A stretch of DNA of 64,000 nt from Alphaproteobacteria bacterium (lineage in GTDB: Bacteria > Pseudomonadota > Alphaproteobacteria > UBA6615). The stretch is taken from NCBI GenBank assembly GCA_002722515.1, contig PBMH01000042.1, positions 2,346-66,345 of the forward strand, written 5' to 3'. This document shows positions 1 through 9,678 of the stretch, piece by piece. Both the position numbers and the translations under genes were made by a program. The notes under the pieces were generated by a model. The model saw only the letters and a list, made by a program, of their open reading frames with translations. It was not told the DNA's origin and searched no databases. The stretch's first letter is position 1. The number at the start of each line of letters is the position of its first letter.

Positions 1-1
1 G

Positions 2-316
2 GTTATAACCCACCTTGCAATCGGTGCCCGTATTGCGATCTGCGGTACCGTCGCACTGACCGAATGGGACCCGATCCCAGTTGGCCCGCGGGTACATCGT
101 CAACTACTGGTGGCGCGGGCGCGAATGCAGGGTTTCCTGATCCTCGACTATAAGGCGCGCTTTCCCGAGGCGACCGAAAAGCTCGCGAACTGGGTGCGTG
201 AGGGGAAACTGGCGCGCAACGAACATATTCTAGAGGGTGCAGACGCGGCCCCTGGTGCAATAAAAATGCTCTACGAGGGCAAAAACACAGGCAAACTTCT
301 GGTGCACGTAAACTAA
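2..316 (+). CDS. NADP-dependent oxidoreductase (medium-chain reductase, YncB/CurA/PTGR1-like), C-terminal fragment; 5' end lies outside the window
   Basis: Frame 2 is open from the window edge. The tail RMQGFLILDYKARFPEATEKLANWVREGKL...EGKNTGKLLVHV resembles the conserved C-terminus of this family. Confidence 0.7.
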   Translation, partial: VITHLAIGARIAICGTVALTEWDPIPVGPRVHRQLLVARARMQGFLILDYKARFPEATEKLANWVREGKLARNEHILEGADAAPGAIKMLYEGKNTGKLLVHVN

Positions 317-331
317 ACCTCGCAAGCAGCC

Positions 332-354
332 AAACAGCTCGAAATTCGCTGTTT
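332..354 (+). terminator. Weak hairpin downstream of the oxidoreductase gene
   Basis: aaacagc / gctgttt form 7-bp arms around a 9-nt loop. The T-run lies within and after the 3' arm. It starts 16 nt after the stop codon. Confidence 0.3.
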
Positions 355-518
355 CATTACCCAGTCATTACCGGAGACCAACAGACACAGTTCAACCGAT
401 ACCGATGGAACCTGACTATATGGAGCCATCACTCGATCATGCCTGTGCGCAAAAGCAGAGCGCTTTGCGGAACTAATATTAATTCAACTTGTTCCCAATG
501 AATGGTTCATCATGCTCA

Positions 519-530
519 AATTTCGAAATT
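519..530. promoter_or_regulatory. Perfect 12-bp palindrome AATTTCGAAATT upstream of the RidA-family gene
   Basis: Read directly from the sequence. It ends 20 nt before the ATG at 550. Confidence 0.3.
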
Positions 531-549
531 GTGAAACACGGAGAAAGCG

Positions 550-957
550 ATGACCGCAACTATCGAACGTATTCGCCCAGAATTTCTATGGAATAAGCCA
601 CACTTCACCAACCTGGTGACCAGCGAGGGTGGAAAGACGATCCACCTATCTGGCCTCGTCGCTGGCACAATCCAAGGAGAACTCGTGGCGCCCGGCGATC
701 TCGGTGCTCAGTTGGCATATGTTTACGACACCATACGCCAGTCACTCGCCCTTGTAGGGGCCACGCCCGCAGATATCGTGCGCCAACGGGTCTTCATCGT
801 TGATCTGAAACCGAATGATCGGCCAACGATCATGAAGGCGATGACGGACTTCTATGGCGATGACCAGTCGGCCTCGAGCACCTGCGTCGGCGTGACGGCA
901 CTGTTACTAGAGGGGGCACTGGTGGAGATCGACGTCACCGCTGTAGTACACGGCTAG
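550..957 (+). CDS. RidA/YjgF/L-PSP family protein
   Basis: 135 aa with a GGAGAAAG RBS. It has the family-typical RQRVFIVDL...EIDVTAVV C-terminal pattern. Confidence 0.8.
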   Translation: MTATIERIRPEFLWNKPHFTNLVTSEGGKTIHLSGLVAGTIQGELVAPGDLGAQLAYVYDTIRQSLALVGATPADIVRQRVFIVDLKPNDRPTIMKAMTDFYGDDQSASSTCVGVTALLLEGALVEIDVTAVVHG

Positions 958-2534
958 CCCAAAACCTCCGACAATCGATCGCCAATGCTGCAGGACTCTG
1001 CCGCGGTAAACGCAGCCGCGACATACCGATCGGGCCGAATGAGCAATATACAACCGGCATATTTTTCGAAGCGCCGCCGCAACAAGTTGTCCACGAAACT
1101 GACTGCTGTTACACCGTCGGCAACTGCGCATTTATCCACAGTCAACGACACCCGTCTGGGCGCTAGCAGCCTCCATACCGGGTGATCAAGCGCCGTCAAT
1201 TCGGTGACATCCGCTAGGTCAATCGCCAGTAACGCAAAGCCTGGACCCAAGATATCGTCTAGCTTGCTGACCTGGCCGTTAGCGTCGCACACATCTGGCT
1301 GAGGAAGCATTCGCCCGACAAGCGTATCGCGTGGGTTCAGCGCGTCCTCGCATAGGAACCCGTTTCGGAACCGCGGCAACGGTTTAAACTTCATGCCGAG
1401 AAAATAGTCGCGCACAGGCGGAATAACCCCCGCAAGCCTGAAGAATATAATCTGGGCATAAGTGTGGAACCAGTTTCGCGGCACCATCACCCAGCCTATC
1501 TGAATTGCCATACGGATCAGGGACCAAGCATGGTCGCGGCGCTCCGCCTCATAAGTATCCATCAGCGCCAAGTGTGATTGTCCTTTCACCACTGCGGCCG
1601 CCTTCCAAGAAAAGTTTGCGGCGTCGCGCTGTCCGCTGTTAAGCCCCTGGCCGGCGTAGGGTGGTGTCAGATGTGCGGCGTCACCCAGCAGGAATACTCG
1701 ACCAATCCGCCAACGGTCAGCGATTCGAGCATGGAACGTGTAGACAATCTTGCGAATAACTTCGACTTCGCGGCTGCCGATGTAAGGTTTCAGCAAATCG
1801 CGGATTTTTCCATCCGCCAGCAGGAGGGATTCCTCCTCATTCCGTTTCAGAAGAAACTCCCAGCGCCGAGTCCGGCCCGGACCGGGGATCGTGATTGCAG
1901 CCCGCCTGTGATCGCAATAGGCAATGGATGCAGGAGTGGCGTCGGTATCGTTAACGCAGTCGATTACCAGCCAGCGCTCGTTGAAGCTTGATCCAGCGAG
2001 TTCGATGCCCAACTGCTTTCGGACACTGGACCGCCCGCCGTCGCAGGCGGCAAGGAAGCTGGCACGCACCGTGATGGACTGACCGGACGGATCGAATATT
2101 TCCGCCGACACACCAAGACCATCTTGGTGCAGTCTCTCGAACCGGTGCCCGAAGAGCACCGTGATATCCGGAAAGCGATCTAACCCAGCTAGCAACGCGG
2201 CTTCGAATTCGGGCTGTTGGAAACCAGAACGCCTCGGATGCCCGTACTCTCGTGTGGTCGGCTGTATGCGCGCAAACTCCTTCTGAGACGGCGAGTAGTA
2301 CCGCGCGCCATAGCCCGGTAGCGTGTTCGCAATAATCTGTTCATCCAAACCGAGCGTCTGCATGCTGCGGAGCGTCTCATCGTCAACAGACACGGCGCGT
2401 GGCTCCGCCACAGTGCCCACATTCTGCTCTACGACCAGGGCACGCACACCATAAAGGCCGAGATAATTTGCAGTGGCCAGCCCAGCCGGCCCAGCCCCGA
2501 TGATCAGAACTTCGACTTCCAGAAGGTCAGACAT
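954..2534 (-). CDS. FAD-dependent aromatic monooxygenase (MhpA / PheA-TfdB-like)
   Basis: GxGxxG dinucleotide fold VLIIGAGPAGLATANYL, DGGRSSVRKQLGI, and GDAAHLTPPYAGQGLNSGQRDA. I chose the start at MSDLLEVEV (ATG at 2534), just after the upstream FAH gene stop. The longer track ORF would overlap that gene. Confidence 0.85.
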   Translation of the reverse strand: MSDLLEVEVLIIGAGPAGLATANYLGLYGVRALVVEQNVGTVAEPRAVSVDDETLRSMQTLGLDEQIIANTLPGYGARYYSPSQKEFARIQPTTREYGHPRRSGFQQPEFEAALLAGLDRFPDITVLFGHRFERLHQDGLGVSAEIFDPSGQSITVRASFLAACDGGRSSVRKQLGIELAGSSFNERWLVIDCVNDTDATPASIAYCDHRRAAITIPGPGRTRRWEFLLKRNEEESLLLADGKIRDLLKPYIGSREVEVIRKIVYTFHARIADRWRIGRVFLLGDAAHLTPPYAGQGLNSGQRDAANFSWKAAAVVKGQSHLALMDTYEAERRDHAWSLIRMAIQIGWVMVPRNWFHTYAQIIFFRLAGVIPPVRDYFLGMKFKPLPRFRNGFLCEDALNPRDTLVGRMLPQPDVCDANGQVSKLDDILGPGFALLAIDLADVTELTALDHPVWRLLAPRRVSLTVDKCAVADGVTAVSFVDNLLRRRFEKYAGCILLIRPDRYVAAAFTAAESCSIGDRLSEVLG

Positions 2535-2557
2535 AAGGTAACCCGAGCACTCTACAC

Positions 2558-3328
2558 CTAGGCGGCGTAAGTATTTGACAAAACACCCACACCGTCGATG
2601 ATGACATCGATGGTCGCGCCCGGTTTCATAGGCAGCGCTCCTGGCCCAGTACCGCATGCAATCAGGTCACCCGGATCAAGTGTCATCGACTGTGATAATT
2701 TCGCGACGATTTCTGCGGGCTGCATCAATAGATCTGATACCGGGTAATTCTGCCGTTCACGGCCGTTGAGCTCGGCCCGGATAGAGCTAACGGCGATGTC
2801 GGCATCCGTCACAATAGCAGGCCCGAAGGCACCGAAGGTATCGAAGCCCTTTGCGCGTGCCCACTGCGGAAACGATGGGTCAGTATTGAGTAATTGCATC
2901 GCGGTTACGTCGTTTACGCAAGTGTAGCCGAAAATTGCGTCGGCAGCGGCAACCTCGCCGACGTTGCGAACAGATTTTCCAATAACGATACCCAGCTCGG
3001 CCTCGTAGATCACCCGGCCATCATAGTCCTTGGGCTTGCGTATCACAGCGCCGGGAGCGAGATAGCTTGTCGACGGCTTAAGAAAAAACAGCGGATATTC
3101 AGGCTGCTCGAGACCCTGCTTCTCGGCTGCTAATCGCGAATTGTTCCATAGCGCGATGAACTTACCCGGGACGCAGGGAGTCTCAAGATTGACCACATCG
3201 ATCGGCAGACTTTCGCCCGTTGGCGTCGCGTCGACGAACATGTCACCGTCATGTATGGCAATATTTTCTTTATCGAGAGAGCCAAACTCGGTTACCCCGT
3301 CCCGATTAAATCGTACCCAATTTGTCAC
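2558..3328 (-). CDS. Fumarylacetoacetate hydrolase (FAH) family protein
   Basis: FAH-domain motifs EAELGIVIGK and FGYTCVNDVTA. I prefer the GTG start at 3328, which is preceded by GGAAGGGGG. The N-terminal 39 aa of the track ORF look non-coding. Confidence 0.8.
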   Translation of the reverse strand: MTNWVRFNRDGVTEFGSLDKENIAIHDGDMFVDATPTGESLPIDVVNLETPCVPGKFIALWNNSRLAAEKQGLEQPEYPLFFLKPSTSYLAPGAVIRKPKDYDGRVIYEAELGIVIGKSVRNVGEVAAADAIFGYTCVNDVTAMQLLNTDPSFPQWARAKGFDTFGAFGPAIVTDADIAVSSIRAELNGRERQNYPVSDLLMQPAEIVAKLSQSMTLDPGDLIACGTGPGALPMKPGATIDVIIDGVGVLSNTYAA

Positions 3329-3607
3329 TTTACGCCCCCTTCCATTCGCAGGACATTTGATAGCGCGAAAGAATGTAAACCTAGACCTCAGACAGAAACA
3401 TATCCCGAAGATACATATGAGCCTGATCTTTTCGAATCTGGGCATAGAGGATTCACGAGTTACCTAGCTCACCACTTACCCATTAAACGCTCCTACCTTC
3501 ATTGTCTGTATTAAGCCCCACTCTCCTAACAGACAGTTCAAAACCTTGCTCTCCTTCAAAAATTCGCTACCCTCGATGCCACCTTGTCACTTGAAAGAAA
3601 ATCAGAA

Positions 3608-5344
3608 ATGGGCGACAGAACCGCCGCCGAACGGATCGTGAGCTGCCTCATAGAGGCCGGAACTGAGCACTTATTCGGCCTGCCCGGTGGCGCGACCATG
3701 GACATCTTTCGCGCTCTGCACGATCGACAGGATGAAATCCGGGCGATAGTACCGCGCGATGAGCAGACCGCATCCTGCATGGCAGACATGTATGGAAAGT
3801 TGACTGGGAAGCCTGGCGTTTTTGCTGGTCAGGGCGGTTTCACTGGCTCCACAGGCATGTTCGGCGTGATCGAGGCGTTTCTAGCATCGTCACCGATGGT
3901 CGTGCTGACCGAACTCTCAGATCACAACGAATTCGTTACCCATGGCCCAATCCAGTCGGGGGCCGGTCACTATGGTTCGTTCGACCTCGCGGGTATATTT
4001 AAGTCGACAACCAAATACACAGCTGTCGCACATACAGCGCGCGAAGCCGTAATGAGCACCCAACTCGCTTACAAGCATGCGATAACCGGCCGGCCCGGAC
4101 CAACAGCATGCCTGTTCCGCGCCAGCACATTGCGAGAACCAGTCGCTAGTAACGGACTTCCGGAAATTCACGACACCAATCGCCTGCTTAATGTCAGCGC
4201 CTCAGTTCCCGCGCGAGCTGCCATCGAGGCCGCCCTCAATCTCCTATCGTGCGCGAAGAACCCAGCAATCGTAGCCGGCAACGGGGTCCGTATTTCTGGT
4301 GCCTCTGCTCCTCTGACAGCACTCGCTGAGCTACTCGGCGCCCCGGTCGCCACCTCAATCCTAGGCAAAAGTGCTATCGTCGAAACCCATGACCTAGCCG
4401 CCGGCCCCATGGGATATACTGGGCTAACGCTGGCCAACGAAACAATTGGGGTGGCCGACATGATCCTAGTGGTCGGCTGCCGACTGAAACCCCAAGACAC
4501 CTGCTTCGAACACCCAAAGATGTTCGACCCGAACAGGCAGAAAATTGTCCAGATCGACGTAGACCCCCGCAACACATCGTGGACCATTCCCGCCGATGTA
4601 GCTCTCGCGGGAGATGCAAGTGATACACTGCAGCTTCTAGTCGCAGGTTTGGCAGACCGGATCGACGTCAGCGCGCGCGACAGCCGGCGTAACACGTTCG
4701 TTGATAGGAAGGCAGCGCACCGGTATTTCGCTGACCCCATGCGCTTTTCCGAAGCGGTCCCAATCGCGCCGCAGCGCCTTGTTGCAGAAATCCAGAACTC
4801 CGCGCCTGCCGATGCCGTTATCTGTACCGATGCGGGGAGCAACCGACACTGGATGAATCATCATTTCCAAACCCGGCGACCGCACAGTTATTTCGGCTCG
4901 GGCGGCCTAGGCGGGGTCAGTTGGTCCCTACCGGCAGCACTCTGCGCCAAGATCCTGGCACCTACACGCCCGGCGATCGGGGTATGCAGCGACGGCGGCT
5001 TTGCTATGCAGATGCATGTTCTTCTCTCGGCCTTGCAGTACGGGGTCAATCCCGTCTATGTGGTGATGAACAACTCGCGGCTCGGGATGACCGCGGAGGG
5101 CATGGGCAACCAATCCCACGGCAATGATTTTCCGGATACCGACTATGCCGAGATCGCGCGCGCCTGCGGCGCCTGGGCCACACGCGTTGAGCGCCCGAGC
5201 GAGGCCGGCGACGCGATCCGGGCCGCCCTTCAACAGGAGAAACCAGCGGTAATTGACGTTATCATCGATAAATCTGAACGAATGCGCGAGGCGATCTATT
5301 CACCCCTTGCAACCGAGGCCGCGCGCGGCATTCGGCCCCAATGA
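3608..5344 (+). CDS. Thiamine-pyrophosphate-dependent enzyme (acetolactate synthase large-subunit-like)
   Basis: N-terminal TPP-pyrimidine domain AERIVSCLIEAGTEHLFGLPGG and C-terminal GSGGLG...DGGF...NN TPP-binding motif. ATG at 3608. Confidence 0.85.
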   Translation: MGDRTAAERIVSCLIEAGTEHLFGLPGGATMDIFRALHDRQDEIRAIVPRDEQTASCMADMYGKLTGKPGVFAGQGGFTGSTGMFGVIEAFLASSPMVVLTELSDHNEFVTHGPIQSGAGHYGSFDLAGIFKSTTKYTAVAHTAREAVMSTQLAYKHAITGRPGPTACLFRASTLREPVASNGLPEIHDTNRLLNVSASVPARAAIEAALNLLSCAKNPAIVAGNGVRISGASAPLTALAELLGAPVATSILGKSAIVETHDLAAGPMGYTGLTLANETIGVADMILVVGCRLKPQDTCFEHPKMFDPNRQKIVQIDVDPRNTSWTIPADVALAGDASDTLQLLVAGLADRIDVSARDSRRNTFVDRKAAHRYFADPMRFSEAVPIAPQRLVAEIQNSAPADAVICTDAGSNRHWMNHHFQTRRPHSYFGSGGLGGVSWSLPAALCAKILAPTRPAIGVCSDGGFAMQMHVLLSALQYGVNPVYVVMNNSRLGMTAEGMGNQSHGNDFPDTDYAEIARACGAWATRVERPSEAGDAIRAALQQEKPAVIDVIIDKSERMREAIYSPLATEAARGIRPQ

Positions 5345-5465
5345 CGCGCTCCGGAGTGCGTTCACATACTGAGCGAGAAACAAGCCGCACTTGTCCGAAG
5401 CATATTCTGCGTTAACATTACGCAACGGGTTCGACAATCGGACCGATAAACGAGCGAGGCACGTT

Positions 5466-6500
5466 ATGTCGACAGCAGAAATCGCCATTCCAGAAGAATT
5501 CGCCGACGAGGAAATTCCAATCCTGGACTTCGGCCCCTATCTAGCTGGGAAAGATGGTGCACTTGAAACTCTGGCCGCCGAACTGCGCCACGCCCAAGAG
5601 AATGTCGGATTTTACTTCGCCATCAACCACAGTGTGCCCCGGCCACTGATCGAGCGGACCCACAAGAACCTAATACGTTTCTTCGACTTACCCGATACGG
5701 AAAAGCGCAAACACGAGAACTACGTCCCGCCGGGATCGACGATCTATGTCTCATCCACGGTGAACGAAAACACGAAACCCGACCTTAACGAGATGCTTCG
5801 AATAGTGCGCGAACGGCCATCTGACCATCCCGGGGTCGAAGCGGATCTCAAGCCTTATTTCGGTCCAAACCAGTGGCCGGACGAAACGCTCCTGCCCGGC
5901 TGGAAGACTGAGATGCTGGAGTATTACGATGCTATGGAAGAGCTCGGGCACAACCTTCTTCCGCTCTATGCACGGGCGCTGGACCTGCCAGCGAACTATT
6001 TCGACGGCATGTTCAACGATCCTCTGTGGACTACACGCAACCAGCATTATCCCGCAGTCGAGGGTGAGGAAAATCAGTTCGGGATCGCGCCGCACCGCGA
6101 CCACGGTTTTATTACCCTGCTGCCCGTGACCGATACACCGGGCCTACAAATTCAAACCAAGTCCGGGCGCTGGCTGCCTGCCAACACGATCGAGGGCGCC
6201 ATCATCATCAATACGGGCGAATTCCTCAACCGCTGGACGAATGGTCGTTTCATGGCAACCCCGCACCGGGTGATCCCACCGAAAACGGACCGCTACTCGC
6301 TGGCTTTTTTCTTCAGCCCTTCATGGGACACGATCGCCGAGCCAATGCCTACCTGCGTCGGCCCCGACAACCCGCCGAAGTTTACACCGGTGCGTTTTCT
6401 CGACTATCGCGACTGGTACGTGAACCAAAACTATCTCAACGAAATTGGGAAATCGCAGCCAGAGCCACCAACCCCCGAAGAGAGCCGATTCTCGTTTTAG
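5466..6500 (+). CDS. 2-oxoglutarate/Fe(II)-dependent oxygenase (isopenicillin-N-synthase-like)
   Basis: HxD...H facial triad (APHRDHG ... TPHRV) and an N-terminal IPILDF block. ATG at 5466. Confidence 0.8.
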   Translation: MSTAEIAIPEEFADEEIPILDFGPYLAGKDGALETLAAELRHAQENVGFYFAINHSVPRPLIERTHKNLIRFFDLPDTEKRKHENYVPPGSTIYVSSTVNENTKPDLNEMLRIVRERPSDHPGVEADLKPYFGPNQWPDETLLPGWKTEMLEYYDAMEELGHNLLPLYARALDLPANYFDGMFNDPLWTTRNQHYPAVEGEENQFGIAPHRDHGFITLLPVTDTPGLQIQTKSGRWLPANTIEGAIIINTGEFLNRWTNGRFMATPHRVIPPKTDRYSLAFFFSPSWDTIAEPMPTCVGPDNPPKFTPVRFLDYRDWYVNQNYLNEIGKSQPEPPTPEESRFSF

Positions 6501-6634
6501 GTGCTGCTCTCCACTCTTGCGCTAAAGTAGCAGACGATCAGCGTAAAGACCGGATGACCGATTCCAAAATGTTTCAGCCCACGGTCAGGGATCAGGCCGC
6601 CTAGAAGTTAAAAACCAAATTTGAGGGAAGAAAC

Positions 6635-7270
6635 ATGATCCACGAACTACGCACCTACACAACACGTCCCGGCGCCATACCCGAGATACTCAAAATCAAT
6701 GAGGAAGTTGGTCGCAAGGCGCGTGGTAATAATTACGGTGTACTGGAGGGGTACTGGTACACAGAAATCGGTCCGCTGAATCAAGTCATGCATCTTTGGC
6801 AATACGAGAGTTACGAGGAGCGCACACGACTGCGCACTGAGCTGAGCCAGGTCGAAGACTGGACGCAAAAATATGTGCCGGCTCTTCGACCGCTTCTTGT
6901 CGACCAGACAACCCGTTTCCTCAACCCAACAAAGGATCTTGTTGCCCCAGCCAAGGAGGGTAACTTCTATGAGTTCCGCAATTATAGGCTTAAGCCGGGC
7001 ACAGCGATGGGCTGGATGAAGCGGTTTATCGACGTCATGCCCACGCGCGAAAAATATTCACAGAATGTGTGCGCCTGGATTACGGAAGGCCCAAACCCCA
7101 ACGAGGTATGCCATTTATGGGCCTATCAAAGCCTCGAGGAACGGATGGAAACCCGCAACGGAGTCGCAACCGAAAAGGCCTGGCAAGAGTTCGCTACAGC
7201 AGGCCGCGAGGACCTCGAGGAGATGCACTCCACGATGCTATTCCCGTCTAACTTCTCGCCGCTTAAGTAG
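6635..7270 (+). CDS. NIPSNAP family protein (two NIPSNAP repeats)
   Basis: MIHELRTYT...WQYESYEERTRLR, and a second half with YEFRNYRLKPG...WAYQSLEERMETR. Confidence 0.8.
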   Translation: MIHELRTYTTRPGAIPEILKINEEVGRKARGNNYGVLEGYWYTEIGPLNQVMHLWQYESYEERTRLRTELSQVEDWTQKYVPALRPLLVDQTTRFLNPTKDLVAPAKEGNFYEFRNYRLKPGTAMGWMKRFIDVMPTREKYSQNVCAWITEGPNPNEVCHLWAYQSLEERMETRNGVATEKAWQEFATAGREDLEEMHSTMLFPSNFSPLK

Positions 7271-7276
7271 AGCAGA

Positions 7277-7525
7277 TCATTCCTCCGGCGGCAGGATTTC
7301 TTGAATACATATTTGATCGACGAGGTGGCCACGGCTGATATCGTCGAGGTGGGCGCGCTTATGTTGGTTTGCGAGATCAGCGCCAACCCCCTGGGTCATC
7401 GCCATGACCACCGACTTATCGCTCATGTCGAGCCAGAAACTGCGACGCACAAGCCTGCCTTCAGCGTCGCGCGCGAAGGGATCATCGGGATTCTGCCCTA
7501 GATCAGGGCTATAAAAATCAGACAT
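7277..7525 (-). CDS. Hypothetical small protein (82 aa)
   Basis: The ORF fits exactly between neighbouring genes and uses an ATG start. I recognise no family. Confidence 0.35.
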   Translation of the reverse strand: MSDFYSPDLGQNPDDPFARDAEGRLVRRSFWLDMSDKSVVMAMTQGVGADLANQHKRAHLDDISRGHLVDQICIQEILPPEE

Positions 7526-7539
7526 CTAAAATCTCATAG

Positions 7540-7580
7540 CAGTCGTGGGTTGATGTTGTGACACAACCGCAGCACGACTG
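7540..7580 (-). other. 41-nt compound hairpin immediately 5' of the small ORF at 7277-7525
   Basis: Outer arms cagtcgtg / cacgactg (8 bp) enclose inner arms gttgtg / cacaac (6 bp). On the minus strand it ends 14 nt before the ATG. Confidence 0.4.
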
Positions 7581-7779
7581 ATAGAGGATTACGTCGCCTT
7601 CGTCCGAGAAAACTGCCCATGCGATGCTAGCCATCCTAAGGACGGACATGCGAGTTTCCTCGCCATTAACCTAGTCTTTTGGCGAACTTCGCCCATTTAC
7701 GCATGGCCACTCTGAAGCCAATTTGTCAATTCAGGCGGGTGCGATAATCTATCGAAAACTATGGGAACGGGAGAATACG

Positions 7780-8364
7780 ATGAAAACTATCGACCTCAAC
7801 AATCCTGACATGTCGGACCGGATTGCGCGCTTTAGAGATCTGAAGCCCTACAAGCAGTCGATTATGGAAGGCACAGGCATTCCTGCCGAGGCCGTCGAGA
7901 TTGTCTCTGCAAAGTCAGTATATCCGTTGATGTCGCCGGAGGGATGGGAAGGCAGATCCAAGATAGCACCGGTCAAGGGTATGGACGGCCTTACCGTTAC
8001 AATCGCCGAATGCCCACCAGGCAACAATCCCGGCCTACACAGCCATTCCCACACGGTCGAGAATTTCTTCTGCTTGAACGGGAAGTTCAGGATTTCCTGG
8101 GGCGAGGATGGCGAGAACTCGGTTGAACTCGAGCCGCTCGATTTTATCTCAGTGCCGGCCGGCGTCTATCGCGACTTTAACAACATCTCGGACGAAACCG
8201 CACGATTGCTGGTGATGATTCAAAACGTCAAGGGGGATGTTAAGGACGAAGTGGTATTTCACCCGCATGTGGGGAAAGAAATCGCTGAAAAGTTCGGCGA
8301 AGACACCGTCATCGCGATGGACAAGGTCGGTTTCCGCTTTGCCGATCGGATCGCTGCCAAATGA
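7780..8364 (+). CDS. Cupin domain protein
   Basis: Cupin motifs GLHSHSHTVENFFCLNG and PAGVYRDFNN. ATG at 7780 follows GGGAG. Confidence 0.75.
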   Translation: MKTIDLNNPDMSDRIARFRDLKPYKQSIMEGTGIPAEAVEIVSAKSVYPLMSPEGWEGRSKIAPVKGMDGLTVTIAECPPGNNPGLHSHSHTVENFFCLNGKFRISWGEDGENSVELEPLDFISVPAGVYRDFNNISDETARLLVMIQNVKGDVKDEVVFHPHVGKEIAEKFGEDTVIAMDKVGFRFADRIAAK

Positions 8365-8376
8365 TTACGCAGCACG

Positions 8377-8760
8377 CTATACTGGGCGGCCCGATGTGTG
8401 GGACGAGGTAATTTTGATAGACCACCCATCGGGCCCGGGAACATAGAAGGAATCATGAACCGAACCGGATGTGATCTTGCTCGGTTTGAGTTTCTTTTTT
8501 GTGCAGAACGCTCGCATGGCCTTGATGTCATCCACCATAAGGTCGACCGGCGCCACTTCGCCCTCGCGAATCTTTTTCCGTGACCTGCTGAGGACCAAAT
8601 GTGTGCCACCGCGCAATTCTAGTACTGCGAAACGTTCGGTTTCAAAAACCGCCCGCAATCCCAATAACTGCATAAATTTGCTGGCCTGCGGCACATTTTT
8701 TACATGCAGGGAGACATGCCCCAGTGCAACCGGTGGTCGACCATTCTTCGTACTGGGCAT
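8377..8760 (-). CDS. VOC (glyoxalase/bleomycin-resistance/extradiol dioxygenase) family protein
   Basis: VALGHVSLHVKNVPQASKFMQLLGL...GGTHLVL pattern. ATG at 8760 follows AGGAGA. Confidence 0.7.
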   Translation of the reverse strand: MPSTKNGRPPVALGHVSLHVKNVPQASKFMQLLGLRAVFETERFAVLELRGGTHLVLSRSRKKIREGEVAPVDLMVDDIKAMRAFCTKKKLKPSKITSGSVHDSFYVPGPDGWSIKITSSHTSGRPV

Positions 8761-8867
8761 TCGTTTCTCTCCTGCATGATGTCGTACCATTCGCGTTGCC
8801 ATATAAGCATGTACACGATGGACAATTGCTACGACTATGATCGCGCAAATCTTTGGGGAACGAAACC

Positions 8868-9662
8868 ATGAGCTTTGATGACATTCTGTTCGAAAAGACA
8901 GACGGCGTTGCCACCATCACTATAAACCGCCCAGATAAACTCAATGCCTTCAGCGGGCATACCATCGAAGAAATGATCGACGCCCTGCAGGACGCCGGCT
9001 GGGACAAATCGATCGGCGTTGTGGTCATTACGGGGGTCGGCGAACGAGCTTTTTCGTCCGGCGGCGACCAGTCCCTCGAGAACAAAGCTACCGAGGGCTA
9101 TGGAAGCCGCCGGGGTACAACCGGCATTCCAATCGAGGAATTTCAAGGTCTTATCCGCGAAGTCCCCAAGCCAGTGATTGCTAAGGTTCGTGGATACGCA
9201 ATCGGAGGCGGCAACGTGATTGCAACTGTATGTGATCTAACGATCGCCGGTGAAAGCGCCATCTTCGGCCAGGTTGGACCCAGCATGGGCTCTGTTGATC
9301 CCGGGTTTGGTACCGCCTACCTCGCTCGGGTGGTTGGCGAAAAGAAGGCGCGGGAAATTTGGTATATGTGCCGCCAATACACTGCACGCGAGGCGCTCGG
9401 GATGGGGCTAGCTAATACTGTGGTGCCGGACGCCGAGCTTGACACGGAGGTCGCTCGCTGGTGTGCCGAAATCATGGACAGGAGTCCAACGGCACTGGCG
9501 ATTGCGAAGCGCTCATTCAATGCCGATACAGACCATATCAAGGGGATCGGGGCGATGGGATTCGAAGCGCTGAAGCTGTATTACGCTACCGAGGAATCCA
9601 AGGAAGGCGGGCGCGCTTTTCAGGACCGGCGCAAACCGGAATTTCGAAAATATGTGAAATAA
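8868..9662 (+). CDS. MenB/BadI-like crotonase (1,4-dihydroxy-2-naphthoyl-CoA synthase / 2-ketocyclohexanecarboxyl-CoA hydrolase family)
   Basis: Strong by-eye match to MenB across GYAIGGGNV...CDLTIA...IFGQVGPSMGSVDPGFG...KKAREIWYMCRQYTA...SPTALAIAKRSFNAD...EGGRAFQDRRKPEF. Confidence 0.8.
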   Translation: MSFDDILFEKTDGVATITINRPDKLNAFSGHTIEEMIDALQDAGWDKSIGVVVITGVGERAFSSGGDQSLENKATEGYGSRRGTTGIPIEEFQGLIREVPKPVIAKVRGYAIGGGNVIATVCDLTIAGESAIFGQVGPSMGSVDPGFGTAYLARVVGEKKAREIWYMCRQYTAREALGMGLANTVVPDAELDTEVARWCAEIMDRSPTALAIAKRSFNADTDHIKGIGAMGFEALKLYYATEESKEGGRAFQDRRKPEFRKYVK

Positions 9663-9678
9663 GGTCAGACATACATCG

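Noticed and set aside
954-2657. N-terminal extensions in the ORF track for several genes: 954-2657, 2558-3445, 5391-6500, 7723-8364, 42866-44602 and 47360-48196.
   Set aside because: The extensions overlap upstream genes or lack an RBS. Internal starts with good Shine-Dalgarno sequences coincide with the conserved family N-termini.
4168-4842. 224-aa minus-strand ORF inside the TPP-enzyme gene. Similar antisense ORFs occur inside HyuA/HyuB (27647-28330), DctQ (39815-40405) and the CoA ligase (44063-44605).
   Set aside because: They are antisense to genes with clear family motifs, have low-complexity Arg/Ser/Ala composition, and lack a plausible RBS.
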